Positions 52,201 through 59,307 of a stretch of 64,000 nucleotides of DNA are shown here, one piece after another; within the stretch, counting starts at the first letter, position 1; the number at the start of each line of letters is the position of its first letter. Under the pieces are notes generated by a model that saw only the letters and a program-made list of their open reading frames with translations, did not search any database and was not told where the DNA came from. The position numbers were made by a program, and so were the translations under genes. The stretch spans positions 1 through 64,000 of IMG/VR virus record IMGVR_UViG_3300020463_000013, one strand, 5' to 3'. This stretch comes from a virus.

Positions 52201-55199
52201 TCTACAGGTGTTCTGTATGTTGTATCTAAAAACTTTTCAGGCTGATATGCAGGATACAATCCTAATTTTGTAGGTGTAGCAGGTACATACGATCCATTTG
52301 TATTTTCATACTCGTAAATAGTTACAATATCGTCTTCAGCTTTAGTCGCTGTAATCACAGCAAAACCTTCGTCATTAAATGTATAATCTTTTCCGTGTGT
52401 TAATTGAACACCATTCAGATATACTGTGACTGCTTTTTTATCTAAAACAGTTTTATCAAATGTCCTTGTCAACGCAAAAAATGTATTGTTTACATCTTCT
52501 ATTACATATCTTAATTCTTTTGATGCTCCTAGAGGCACCATATCACTAAAGAAAAACGGCTGTGTTTCAGTTTTACTTTTGTTTATTTCTGCAAGAATTA
52601 GATCAACATGAGTCTTCACATCACCTTCAAATCCTAAAGTCTCTGCTACTTGAATAAATCTTCTCTTAAATTTTCCATACTCTTTTCTAGCAAACTTTAT
52701 TGAATTAATTACATTACTTTCACTGTTTGTTAAATGATATAATGAATGGTTTATTAATCCGCTATGTTTTACAAATCTATTTCCAAATTGACTAACTTGT
52801 CCTAAGTCACGTAAATTACTAGTGCCTGGAAATTGTCCTTCGAAATTATCTATTTCTTCTACAATAGTGCTTACATGATCATTAACTTCTCCCAAAGTAA
52901 ATTCTGTGACATTTTTGTTTAAAGGATTTCTTTCGAAGTTGATAGGAAATTCATATGTTCCATTATTATTTTTGCTTGTGCTAGATTTTGTTTTTATAAG
53001 TATAACATCATCTACTGATAAACTTTTTGTAAAAACAATCTGTAATGTGTTATTGACGTCTTTAGTTGTTGTGAAATCTACACCCATTTTTTGTATTGTG
53101 TTATTTTTATAGACACGTAACCATAAATCTGTTAAGGTTGCACTTGCATCATAATGATCTATATCAAATTCTGTTTGTGTACCATCATATACATATTGAC
53201 GTTCTACTTTTTGTGTACTTAAAGTATCTGCCTTTTTATATCCTGTAACAAATTTAAAATTATCTATTTCGCTAAATTTCTTTAAAAATGTTATGTCTGA
53301 TTTTACATCTACTAAACTATTTTGTGTTTGGTAAGTAAATATTTGTCCTAGTAAATTAAAATCAAATAATATATCACCACTGTTAGTAATATTCCTGTAT
53401 GATAATGGAAATCCTAATTCTGTGTCATTTGCTCCCGTTCCTTGTTTGTAGGAAAATAATTTGTTACCTGAAAAGTTGCTTGCATCATAAACTGTTTTGT
53501 CGCCATAGCTTACGCCGTCTTTATCAAAAAGATCAAATAATGGACTTATATTCACATCAGTTTTATCTTGACCGTTTTTCCATTGTGTGCCATCAAAGTA
53601 AAACATTTTACCTTTGTATACATCGCCTTGCCTTACTAATACAGTTTCATTTAAAATAGGATCTGTATCTGTTTCATCTATTAAAGCAATTTGTGTAACA
53701 CTGTTAAAGACAATAAATTTTACCTTAAATATTTTTCCGTATACACGCTCGTCTTGATCTCCTAAAAATAGTATTCTCATACCTTCTGAAAGATCAATAT
53801 TATCTATATTATATCCTGTTGCGCCTTCAATTACGGATCTTACATCAGATGTAAAAATATCTACTAGATCTACATCTAACTTGTTCTTAGTACCAAAATC
53901 AAATAATTTTATACCTGCTTCAAATTCTATAATAGGCCTACTCGCTCTATTTGTTTGATTTACTTCAACAGGTTGATTGTTTATTGCGGCACTCTTTTCA
54001 ATTACATCTCTATGAAACCATCTGTTATATCTGCTCCATAGGTTACCGTCTATAGCACTTCTATCTATAACCACATAATCTCTTGTTAAAGGATAACCAA
54101 TACTTTGACCAAATGGTAATCTATCAAAAGCGCCGTCATCAAAAGGATTTGTTATATTTGCAGTAAAAGTTGTAGGTACATCCAAAGCATCTTCTTTTAC
54201 AAGTTTTATTTTATCGCCGACGCCTTCAACATAATATTCACCCTCTGCATATGTACTTGGTGTTACATTACCAATAAAATAAATTTTCATTCCATTTGAT
54301 AACTCAAACCCATTACCTGTTTTGTAAGTCTTTTTTCCTACTACTTCTGCATCAACATCAATTTTAGTTGCTTCTTCTATATTGTATACTTCGATAACTC
54401 CACTACTACCTAAATCGTTATCGCTCATATAATAGATTACATCTGGTGTGCTTTGATCTAATTTAAATTCTATTATTCCTTTATCAGTTGCATCTGATGA
54501 ATCTTGTATAATATTATAAGCTGAATCTTCTACACGCTTACTTCTAAATACTAAAGGCAAACCAGGTGCATCAACTTCAAACCTATATGTAATTCCTCTA
54601 TATAGTTTCAATGTAGGATTAGGAGTTTTTCCGTCTGGTGAAAATATATACGATTTATTATCTAATGCATCTTGTGCAGTGACAGTGTAAGTGCTTACAA
54701 CATCAATAGTCTGTCCTGCAACAGGCACACTTTGCGGTCCTGTAGGAAGCCAATAGTATTCTCTAAAATTAACAAACTTATCCCAATTTACATGCGGATC
54801 CCAAGCATAATATTCTTGGGCATTTAGTTTATCATGATTAACATTTGCACCGTTAAAGTTTCCTATTTGATTTATATAATCGTTGTAATCTTTATAGTAT
54901 GTTAAATTGCCTAATGTATCTTTAATTAAACTTGCTGGTTCAAATTGATAATCTTCTCTTTGTTTAGAAACATCACCGACATAATTATCAGATGCTTGAA
55001 ATGCATTTGTAATTTTTCTACCATAATACCCGTTAACTTTTTCAGCTACGCCAGGTTGAATCATTTGGTCAAATGTTGCACTTAAAAATTTTCTGTTAAA
55101 TCTTGATCTAAAATATTTAGGTAAGTGATTTAAACTAGACCGTTTTATAGGATTTCCTGCAGGAAGTGCAGGATCATTTTGATTGTCATCGTAAGACAT
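40296..55199 (-). CDS. giant (4967 aa) baseplate wedge-like structural protein
   Basis: 14.9-kb ORF coupled to gp6-like gene; FG-GAP-like repeats, ITDPGRGY/DSGSGY repeats, GDG..T.F repeats. Confidence 0.75.
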   Translation of the reverse strand: MSYDDNQNDPALPAGNPIKRSSLNHLPKYFRSRFNRKFLSATFDQMIQPGVAEKVNGYYGRKITNAFQASDNYVGDVSKQREDYQFEPASLIKDTLGNLTYYKDYNDYINQIGNFNGANVNHDKLNAQEYYAWDPHVNWDKFVNFREYYWLPTGPQSVPVAGQTIDVVSTYTVTAQDALDNKSYIFSPDGKTPNPTLKLYRGITYRFEVDAPGLPLVFRSKRVEDSAYNIIQDSSDATDKGIIEFKLDQSTPDVIYYMSDNDLGSSGVIEVYNIEEATKIDVDAEVVGKKTYKTGNGFELSNGMKIYFIGNVTPSTYAEGEYYVEGVGDKIKLVKEDALDVPTTFTANITNPFDDGAFDRLPFGQSIGYPLTRDYVVIDRSAIDGNLWSRYNRWFHRDVIEKSAAINNQPVEVNQTNRASRPIIEFEAGIKLFDFGTKNKLDVDLVDIFTSDVRSVIEGATGYNIDNIDLSEGMRILFLGDQDERVYGKIFKVKFIVFNSVTQIALIDETDTDPILNETVLVRQGDVYKGKMFYFDGTQWKNGQDKTDVNISPLFDLFDKDGVSYGDKTVYDASNFSGNKLFSYKQGTGANDTELGFPLSYRNITNSGDILFDFNLLGQIFTYQTQNSLVDVKSDITFLKKFSEIDNFKFVTGYKKADTLSTQKVERQYVYDGTQTEFDIDHYDASATLTDLWLRVYKNNTIQKMGVDFTTTKDVNNTLQIVFTKSLSVDDVILIKTKSSTSKNNNGTYEFPINFERNPLNKNVTEFTLGEVNDHVSTIVEEIDNFEGQFPGTSNLRDLGQVSQFGNRFVKHSGLINHSLYHLTNSESNVINSIKFARKEYGKFKRRFIQVAETLGFEGDVKTHVDLILAEINKSKTETQPFFFSDMVPLGASKELRYVIEDVNNTFFALTRTFDKTVLDKKAVTVYLNGVQLTHGKDYTFNDEGFAVITATKAEDDIVTIYEYENTNGSYVPATPTKLGLYPAYQPEKFLDTTYRTPVDVIQGHDGSIVKAYGDFRDNLIIELETRIYNNIKISYDETIFDLTDYVEGDARDSYSPKDAVDKGMLTDFIEWTSIADTQYTKNNFVRSDTFSFNYESMQSPTGKVLPGYWRQVYMMAYDTDRPHSHPWEMLGFTVKPTWWETNYGPAPYTRDNLVMWQDIEQGKIAQPNTIPKFVKKYVRPNLTQHIPTDANGALLSPLASGYATGFTSTGIEDNFKFGDGAPVESAWRRSSEYAFSLISSLILNAPSRMFATAFDRQRQIRDVADIIVYKDTSKQLELDKLVYPTSVTDTTQTYTSGFVNYIADYMFLDVTTSYADYKNNISSIQNNIGFKLGAFTEKAKFKLILDSRSPTNEGNVFVPEENYQIILNTSTPIKTVAYSGVIIEKVIGGYTVKGYSNTSATFKTHPVIKQQKDPVITVGGISEDFLKWASDKYYEKGYIVEFQNAYYRVTESHTSAATLDGDKTTKLAELPMDGGVRASFAKLFNKNIVQEVAYGTTFDSIQEVVDFLVSYGAWLENQGFVFDNYEGNEAVVQDWRYSAKQFMFWTTQRWDNGTLLTVSPAAQYLKFVSDYSVVSNVYETIYGYSIIKADGKKLNSEFLAIGRENPNEFYMQTRNTADGIYAATLPLVQKEHVVLLDNRTVFGDVIYDQEPGYRQERIKVAGYRTDEWNGSISIPGFFYDGAKITEWMPWNDYDIGDIVKHKEFYYSADKKVPGTETFIDNQWNRLTDKPIGGLYSNWDYKAIQFTDFYDLDSDNFDVEQQRLAQHLIGYQKRKYLENIVNDDVSQYKFYQGMLQDKGTKNALSKMFDALASADKDSLEFYEEWAIKDGQYGAVDAFQEVDYTLDESKFRLSPQPIELVNSIDPASTDLIFKIPPYDVYQKSDDYNHAPFPTKYVDSTYVKNAGYVDFEDVKVISQTYDDILNLDFDNLRQGDYVWVGTDNLSWSVYKYSNTDNTITSITSGTDEFTVNLKSTYTGVKADDIIGIFDVEGIEGFYKVKEVTGDKIVLLSDEDIEDIEQTVGYVTNFVKVRASNVDEANTIAQSTLEDGDILWIDSGADNKWSVVQNARNYTLAQTIENKNGTDSALQNFASSIAVNKRNTVIAVGMPDFANGQVNVYNRASESNNFILIAELIPLAGAAMDGERFGASVDISEDGKYIYVGSPSASKVKTRYQDEFITTTNYLKNDIVSYDNSLWRANVGITGAEDSIDFNSFTSVTQIRIALGLTDETDDAPVVLASGNYPFTSTATDHVIIRAPFNQYEGSKVGDTISLKWNQRSNAYQNKNSIQDIAPFNSIYNPIVTTEFLTGEHQILYKVDAVLYVDAATNVPVIGDIIETSGAIGTVAYKYNEDARVTIYVKDVNGTFPTEGSLFLRNGDFVGEYVKKLHNDASDYSAQWGGYWVIDSLQAYNTGPTESACEDRGRGLIYEDFTPSGQTNQNRRYFNVLDVDDDSTINSENSIGSFIQTLTNQGAPGAGGVTSIIPSDLYIVKAPKSLTDNINPSESINLYMDQLPRWSDSSYKNITDIGLSQTITNKLQTVHDVWDGYIKFNFTKFDSLGNVFEPQVLGGGDVLRVKDLGTGAEADVVFYQRDGLNGTIFVKNTTGTFSLGNDFGDNVEIEFIGDAGRANPIYQTNRVFGQIDSVGFQYAPFGIGKFIVFKADNNITLQDSDTLLGAEYWFYDSAEVSGIPRQPNIPGPDSNDWEEVYNIPVDQAAENNLSERLYEGMFSIFERRPSGSYDAVGYYINEYRASNQFLGTTVKGAKNNDVYRLFVYASQEGANGKVYQYKNGIENNVTFNWDSAKNKKFKGEFSETRTYRENDIVYLGGNLLVARTNLPAGVFDSANWTSTNDLVDYIGFLPNDTLFSVINDSTDGSTVLDQQELGVFGETIDVNANGDVFLASVTYNADKPNGVVVYRINNGFFEFDQLIEAPNKTIGFADSVSISSDGMSIAIGAPYDDEKDADQGIVYIYRQVQGKFELDQKLYSPKNERAEQFGTAISYTGDILAIGSKNADSIFESTIDVYSQKKEGSTYVNDPTSQPTGLPTTFDNSFTKFRRTNVDDGVVYVYENLNGKLLYADTIQFNNANVDYFGRNVEATGNHVYVGLPRLETGGQVGAFVDYRVQGNVYNNIRTPKDPVDVAKIKKVILYNKKTKKLLAYLDYIDVLQGKIAGVAEQELRYKTYYDPATYTTGTNVVVQKLNTWGQEQVGQLWWDLTNAKFLNPYQNDITYSTNNWNKLFSGASIDVYEWVETTLTPEQWNEQADTNDGLSQGISGQAKTTTNYVTKKVYDSISQSFTDKYFYWIKDKKTIPNNDFRTESAFNTAQLIADPYSYGYRYVSFFGNNQFAVNNCDTLIEGKEVAISVQYYTLENQDSNVHNQYQILTDGLASSKPNRDIERKWFDSLIGYDTRNRPVPDNTLGAKKKYGILNNPRQSLFVNNIEAMKQLIERVNGVLKENLIVENKNLTGLNYKEDFPSAITRLYDTTVESFAEIDLIGVAKSKQAILTPVIENGKIVRVTITDPGRGYLVAPTYTIRGASGEGADFTFTIDNAGQVTNVVVNNQGENYEDTTTIEVRKFAALVKADETINGKWSIYERLTETSTWNRIKSQAYNATLYWEYADWYMSGASETTEIDHLVDFSYQLTELNDNIGDVVKISSIGSGGWLLLQKIDEQSTTDYTVNYKTIGRQNGTIQFKRGLYDVTANLNGFDTISFDVQFYDAQPTVEQRRILEVLRDDLLTVELEHEYNKLFFASVRYAFSEQPYIDWAFKTSFVKAQHNVGSLREDITFNNDNLPSYEDYLEEVKPFKTKLREYLSSYERIEPTNTVITDFDLAPRYVEGRGIQPHPSQVIEDMIVGTESDITTYPYRHWLDNASYEIKSVNIYDGGTKYSEPPVISAVGGGGTGAKFKTYLGVNGKIVKIDVLDSGSGYISAPTLDINGSNPGGIDARISAVIGHETVRSFLTRVKFDRISSSFIITKLNESENFIGSGSKYIYDLKWPIDVKPANIKITVGGVELLPSQYTYTNFQDNTKTYVRFKGRITLDTPPANTKAIVIEYKKDPDLLVAQDRVNLLYDPTTGMLGKDIAQVMDGVDYGGVEVKSFGFENQGGFDAEGWFTGKWDTYDETYEDEVFNFDGSTTIIEVSKPLENGVEYNVYKNNIRIDDPNYDGSTFIENPNAIMETLVGDGITKILYLDNYGIKVADGDTLVIRKKTSDGSFLADPNGYDTLIEGGDLPYSTATGLKAEDISVDGDGFVTPTTSKGPEEIIPGQVLDTVDIQVYERPTGGASNIRSFNYVGDGTNKTFSLDQNVAFNNNIFVKVGDVIKTKDDYIFSTDRKSIIMDVAPGANIKVNIITLDVSGTNVLDYGTFVADGSTLDFLTNVRYADNMTHYATIDGEKQDTLLIKSDDSSYDVPGNVVIRFATPPIADKIINFGIFEGTTKNFSSVQIDEFIGDGSSIAFTLQTTPFSATPSQHNTIVKVNNTILSAGYSQHFDVTDIREYRLDLWQVPLGAFNHQDLLVYLNDIELTYGEQWNFVSAGEFDSTIRDENDIDPATGEPRVILDQQSGSTVTLLPGVGKDGDTLRVYAIKDGQYAYGYWDSAGEFASTPGTIYMDNVYESSDIITVYTFTNNKSQGIERQEFDVVERTKLTVGSENWYQLRHLRNGLIELRKPATDAQYVWVAKNGVLLSPSIDYYITDNKKYLKIAYDLSENDTIDIIHFAETPLIQKFGWRQFKDILNRTHYKRLTGKEDILLVRDLYPWDKTIEVENGDKLPQPGANPDTPSVIFIEGERIEYFVRDKNILKQIRRATLGTGAKDVYKEGTEVYHQGTDQNMPYKDETITLTLDGDGTSTQFQLDWTPNSVNEFEVFVAGKRMRKNSISSYQFETVDGNGNTVSAPQMDSPEGDVTLAPEFTISGTTLTLAEPAPENTKVIIIRKQGRIWTDPGTQLSKAKGNIARFLRNSTTDLPR

Positions 55200-58100
55200 T
55201 AGTAACTATATCCTCCGCCGCCTGATGATCCGCCGCCACCACTTGATGATCCGCCACCACCGCTACTACTTGAACTACTAGAACTACTAGAACTGCTTGA
55301 ACTGCTTGAACTACTAGAAGTACTTGTTCTATATGAAGAACTAGCAGTAGCAGAAGTTGTTGTAGTTGTTGCTGAGCTCATTATACCTGTATTTGTTGTA
55401 GTGCTTTCATTTATTACATTACCGGCTGCTTTCAATCTACTTGCTGTAATAGCATCAATTATATCTATATCAGTAACTTGTGCACCACTTATAAATATTT
55501 CATCGCTTTCTGATTTTATTTCGTATAAGCTACCAAAAGTTTGAGTATCGTCTTGAGGTACAATTACAAATGTTGTCAAGTCAGGCGAAAGTTGAGTCAT
55601 TACATATGCACTTAGTTCACTAAAATAAAATGTTTCTCCAAATTCCCAATTTTCTAAACTAAAGAATTCGTTGATTGCACTAATTACTCTTGATTTTACA
55701 TCATTGTCGTTAATAACTTTGTCTGGATTTTTTACTATTTTAAATTGTGCTTGCAAATCACTACTCGCTTTATCCCCAAATAAAATTTTGTATTTTACAG
55801 GATGGTAAATTATTTCATCACTAATACTTTTTACTTCATTCAATTTAGCACCAAAATTTTGAAACAGTGCATCACTGCTAGGCGGTAAAGGTTTTGCCTG
55901 TACCGATCCATCTAGATATTGCCTAAAAGCAGTATCAAAACTTCTAGTAAGTATGTAAGTGTCTACAATGTTACTTGCACTTGGGTCGATTCTAGTGCTT
56001 GAGTCGGCTGCATGTACATAGTGAAATTTTAAATCATCTCTTCCAACTTGTGCTTTGTATTCGTCTGTCAAATTAAGTCTGCTTGTACTTTTATCAAGCA
56101 CTTTAAAGACTTCCTCTTCAACTAGATAAAAAACTTGTCCATCATCATATGCACTTAATGCACCAACTGCTGTTTCATTTTGTTTTAATTGTATTTTCAA
56201 AATATCGTTAGTAACATAATTAAAATCTTCAACACCGTCAGCAGATTTAATCTTACGTAAGAATACAAATTTCTGTAAAGGATTTGTAACTTCGTCTACT
56301 ATTTCATCAAAAATTTGTGGATCGTCTACAACTCCGTCATCATCGCTGTCAAAAAATGCTACTTGTATTTTCTTAGAGTTGACATATCCTTCTGCATCTC
56401 TAAATTCTTCTTTTATTTCCCAGTCAAAGTCAACTGTGAAATTCTCTATACTATCTGGTTTTTTGTTGATGCTTAGTACACTAATCTTATCTTTGATTGT
56501 TTTGCCAGTTAAGTTATTGTAAATTTTATCGCTTGAATCATAATAAAATTTAACTTCTTTATCACTTTCAAAAACGTATCTACTTCCACGATATGTTATT
56601 GTATATTTTTCTCCGTCAGTCTGAAAAAGTAATAACCAACTAGCATCAAGTTTTTGTCCACTGACATCGCCTGTCTTACCTATACTAAATGCAGTATTAA
56701 GTCTTAAATTTTCTTCTGTAATTAATTTCCACTCGCCGCTTACTCTGTCAAATCTTAATCCAAATGCATTGTACGCTGATACTTGATCAATTATTTGTGT
56801 TTGTACTTCGTCTGTAATTTCTGATGCTATAAAAGGTCTAATCTCTACTAACTGTGCATCGCTTGGAATAATATCATTAAGTTGAACTGCGCCTATACCA
56901 TTATCATCTGTAGTTGTACCGTCTCCGTTTACTGATACAATTTTTGTCCATTTATATAAAACTGCTTGTGGATGATCTGCTGCGCCTGTCATTAGCCCAT
57001 GACTATTGTCTGCCATAAAATGTTTTCCTGCCGGCGGAATAAATTTAACGAGTGATCCAGGTTTAACAAATTGTAATGTTGAACTTGTAAATGTACCTAG
57101 TTGTATTTTTACACCAGCTGTGCTTTCAAAAATTCCTGTTGTTGTATTAGTTTCATCTGTTTTTGCATTCCAAATAATATTTAGATCTGTCACATCAATT
57201 TTAGGAAAAGTATTAGTATAAAAATTCTTTATTAGAGTGCTTCTTAAAATAGGTTGAATTGTATTGTTGATTGCACCACTAATGTCAGTTGTGGTTGAAA
57301 ATGTAAACATTGATTTAGAATTTAAAAAATCTTTGTATAACACTCCGTCTGTTGCAAATATATTTGTTTTACTATATTTTCCTGTGGCATCTAACAAATC
57401 AAAATATCTGGATATTCCGCTTGCTGTTCTGTTAACACTTTTTGTCTTAACAATTTCTTGAGAAATAGTAAGAGGCACAATTTGATAATCTTCACCAGTG
57501 ATCATTCTATTTTGAGTATAATAAGTTGCTGGTGCATTATTCTTAATACTTTCGCTAGTTTCAGAAACTGTTGCATTATCTACTGTGTATTGTAACGAAT
57601 ATATAAATGTTAGAGTTTCAACACTACCTGTCTTAGCAATATAAGGAATTTTTATACTAATACCTTTCATTTCATCAGGTGTAATAACCATACGTTGATT
57701 TTTACTACTTCTGTAATATGCTCTAAAAGTTCCTTTAGGTAGATTACCAAAAACTCCATCTGAAAATACTATGCTTATTCTATCTTCAACTCTAGTCAAA
57801 ACACTATAGAAGTTCCTAATGCTTTTACTTAAACTATTATAAATTACATTATTTCCTTCGGTGGCCGCAACCTTGGACCATAATTCTGTTTCTTGTCCGT
57901 TGCTATCTAACTTATACAACCATACATCAGTATCATTTACATTTACTGCATCAATTGCAACTACTTGATTGGTTGTTGGATTTGTAATAGTGAATGGACC
58001 TTGGTCTAAAGCTCCTTGACGGAAGTGGCTAAAAAATCCAGTATTTGTACTTCCGTTTCCTCTGCCGTCATTTCTGTATAACAATGCAAAGTTGTTACCT

Positions 58101-58792
58101 GGAAATGGTGCTTCTTCTTCAATCACACCGTCACCTATATCTGTACTAACTATTTCAAATCTATTGTTACCGCCATTTACTGCTTTATTAAAGCTAAACA
58201 CAGGTACATCTTGATTAGTGCTGTTGAACCTATACTGTTCTGTGGGAACTCCTGCCACAGTATCTTTTTTAAATGGTCTACCAAATGTACCATTTACAGG
58301 CAGTGCCGCGTTCATAATAAGAATAAACTGTTCATACCAATCAGGATTAGATGGGTCATTCCAAAGTATAGCTTGATTTTCTAAATTAGTATTATTACTA
58401 TCTATTACTTCTTCTGTAGTTGATACACTTTCAACTTTTAATAAACCGTTTGCCGCTTGATTACGCTTAGGATTATAAGATAGTAAACGTGCAAGACGTA
58501 GTACGCTTTCTCTACGCTCAGCAAGTTCAAGGAAATTTTCTCTAGCATTTAAATCTGTACGAAATGCAAGATTTTGTCCTAGATATGCAATCATATCTAT
58601 TAACGCAATGTATTCACTTGATTCTATGTAGTCATTAAAATCCTCAGGATAGTTTTCTCTGAGGTAGTTTATCATGGTGCGTCTTAAATTATCAAAGTCA
58701 TAACTTTGAAAATCTGCATTTCTGTAGCTTTGGTAGACTCTCTTCCAATCTTCTGCTACAAGTAATCTATTTTGTCTATCTGTTGACGACAT
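55199..58792 (-). CDS. gp6: baseplate wedge protein, T4 gp6-like
   Basis: YDFDNLR, FNDYIESS, ENFLELAERRESVLRLARLLSYNP, FSDGVFG, QNRMITGEDY. Confidence 0.85.
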   Translation of the reverse strand: MSSTDRQNRLLVAEDWKRVYQSYRNADFQSYDFDNLRRTMINYLRENYPEDFNDYIESSEYIALIDMIAYLGQNLAFRTDLNARENFLELAERRESVLRLARLLSYNPKRNQAANGLLKVESVSTTEEVIDSNNTNLENQAILWNDPSNPDWYEQFILIMNAALPVNGTFGRPFKKDTVAGVPTEQYRFNSTNQDVPVFSFNKAVNGGNNRFEIVSTDIGDGVIEEEAPFPGNNFALLYRNDGRGNGSTNTGFFSHFRQGALDQGPFTITNPTTNQVVAIDAVNVNDTDVWLYKLDSNGQETELWSKVAATEGNNVIYNSLSKSIRNFYSVLTRVEDRISIVFSDGVFGNLPKGTFRAYYRSSKNQRMVITPDEMKGISIKIPYIAKTGSVETLTFIYSLQYTVDNATVSETSESIKNNAPATYYTQNRMITGEDYQIVPLTISQEIVKTKSVNRTASGISRYFDLLDATGKYSKTNIFATDGVLYKDFLNSKSMFTFSTTTDISGAINNTIQPILRSTLIKNFYTNTFPKIDVTDLNIIWNAKTDETNTTTGIFESTAGVKIQLGTFTSSTLQFVKPGSLVKFIPPAGKHFMADNSHGLMTGAADHPQAVLYKWTKIVSVNGDGTTTDDNGIGAVQLNDIIPSDAQLVEIRPFIASEITDEVQTQIIDQVSAYNAFGLRFDRVSGEWKLITEENLRLNTAFSIGKTGDVSGQKLDASWLLLFQTDGEKYTITYRGSRYVFESDKEVKFYYDSSDKIYNNLTGKTIKDKISVLSINKKPDSIENFTVDFDWEIKEEFRDAEGYVNSKKIQVAFFDSDDDGVVDDPQIFDEIVDEVTNPLQKFVFLRKIKSADGVEDFNYVTNDILKIQLKQNETAVGALSAYDDGQVFYLVEEEVFKVLDKSTSRLNLTDEYKAQVGRDDLKFHYVHAADSSTRIDPSASNIVDTYILTRSFDTAFRQYLDGSVQAKPLPPSSDALFQNFGAKLNEVKSISDEIIYHPVKYKILFGDKASSDLQAQFKIVKNPDKVINDNDVKSRVISAINEFFSLENWEFGETFYFSELSAYVMTQLSPDLTTFVIVPQDDTQTFGSLYEIKSESDEIFISGAQVTDIDIIDAITASRLKAAGNVINESTTTNTGIMSSATTTTTSATASSSYRTSTSSSSSSSSSSSSSSSSSSSGGGGSSSGGGGSSGGGGYSY
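55202..55380 (-). repeat. Thr/Ser/Gly low-complexity coding repeat
   Basis: 9-nt units (ACTACTAGA, ACTGCTTGA on +) encode poly-Ser, then GGGGSSSGGGGSSGGGGYSY. Confidence 0.85.
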
Positions 58793-58815
58793 TTTTACTT
58801 CCTTGTTCTATACAG

Positions 58816-58822
58816 TATTTAT
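58816..58822 (-). promoter_or_regulatory. T4-late-like promoter element
   Basis: ATAAATA upstream of start 58792. Confidence 0.55.
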
Positions 58823-58849
58823 TATGATTGGAAAAGTACGTACTTTATT

Positions 58850-59299
58850 TTATCCTAAAAATCCTGCATTTTGATCAAATTGCAAGCGTAAATTTTCAGA
58901 TATATTATAGGGCAAATATGACAAGTCAACTTCGATTTGCAAACCACTTTCATATTGGTCAATGCTTACATTTGTTACTTGTACTCTTGGATCATAATTT
59001 ACTATAGTTGTTACATTGTTAACTATTGCTTCTTTTAGTTGTTCTGTAAGAGGATCAAATAAAACGTCCCAAATAATTGTACCAAATTCAGGATCAGATA
59101 ATTTTTCTCCTTGACGAATATGAAAATGATTCAATATGTCTTGTTTTATTAATGCAAGATCATATAGAACTGTTTCATTGTTTTCTGGATTAACAGTTGA
59201 TATACCTCTGTATGCACGACTAGATACACCATATTGAGTGCTAGTTCCTGTACCTTTTACTTCGATTTGCTTATATAACTGTTTTTCTTTTGTACTCAT
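58850..59299 (-). CDS. gp25: baseplate protein, T4 gp25-like
   Basis: IKQDILNHF..RQGEK..PEFG...FDP...YDPRV. Confidence 0.88.
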   Translation of the reverse strand: MSTKEKQLYKQIEVKGTGTSTQYGVSSRAYRGISTVNPENNETVLYDLALIKQDILNHFHIRQGEKLSDPEFGTIIWDVLFDPLTEQLKEAIVNNVTTIVNYDPRVQVTNVSIDQYESGLQIEVDLSYLPYNISENLRLQFDQNAGFLG

Positions 59300-59307
59300 A
59301 ATACTAT

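Noticed and set aside
55202-55330. CRISPR array or non-coding tandem repeat
   Set aside because: In-frame 9-nt units encoding poly-Ser/Gly, without spacers
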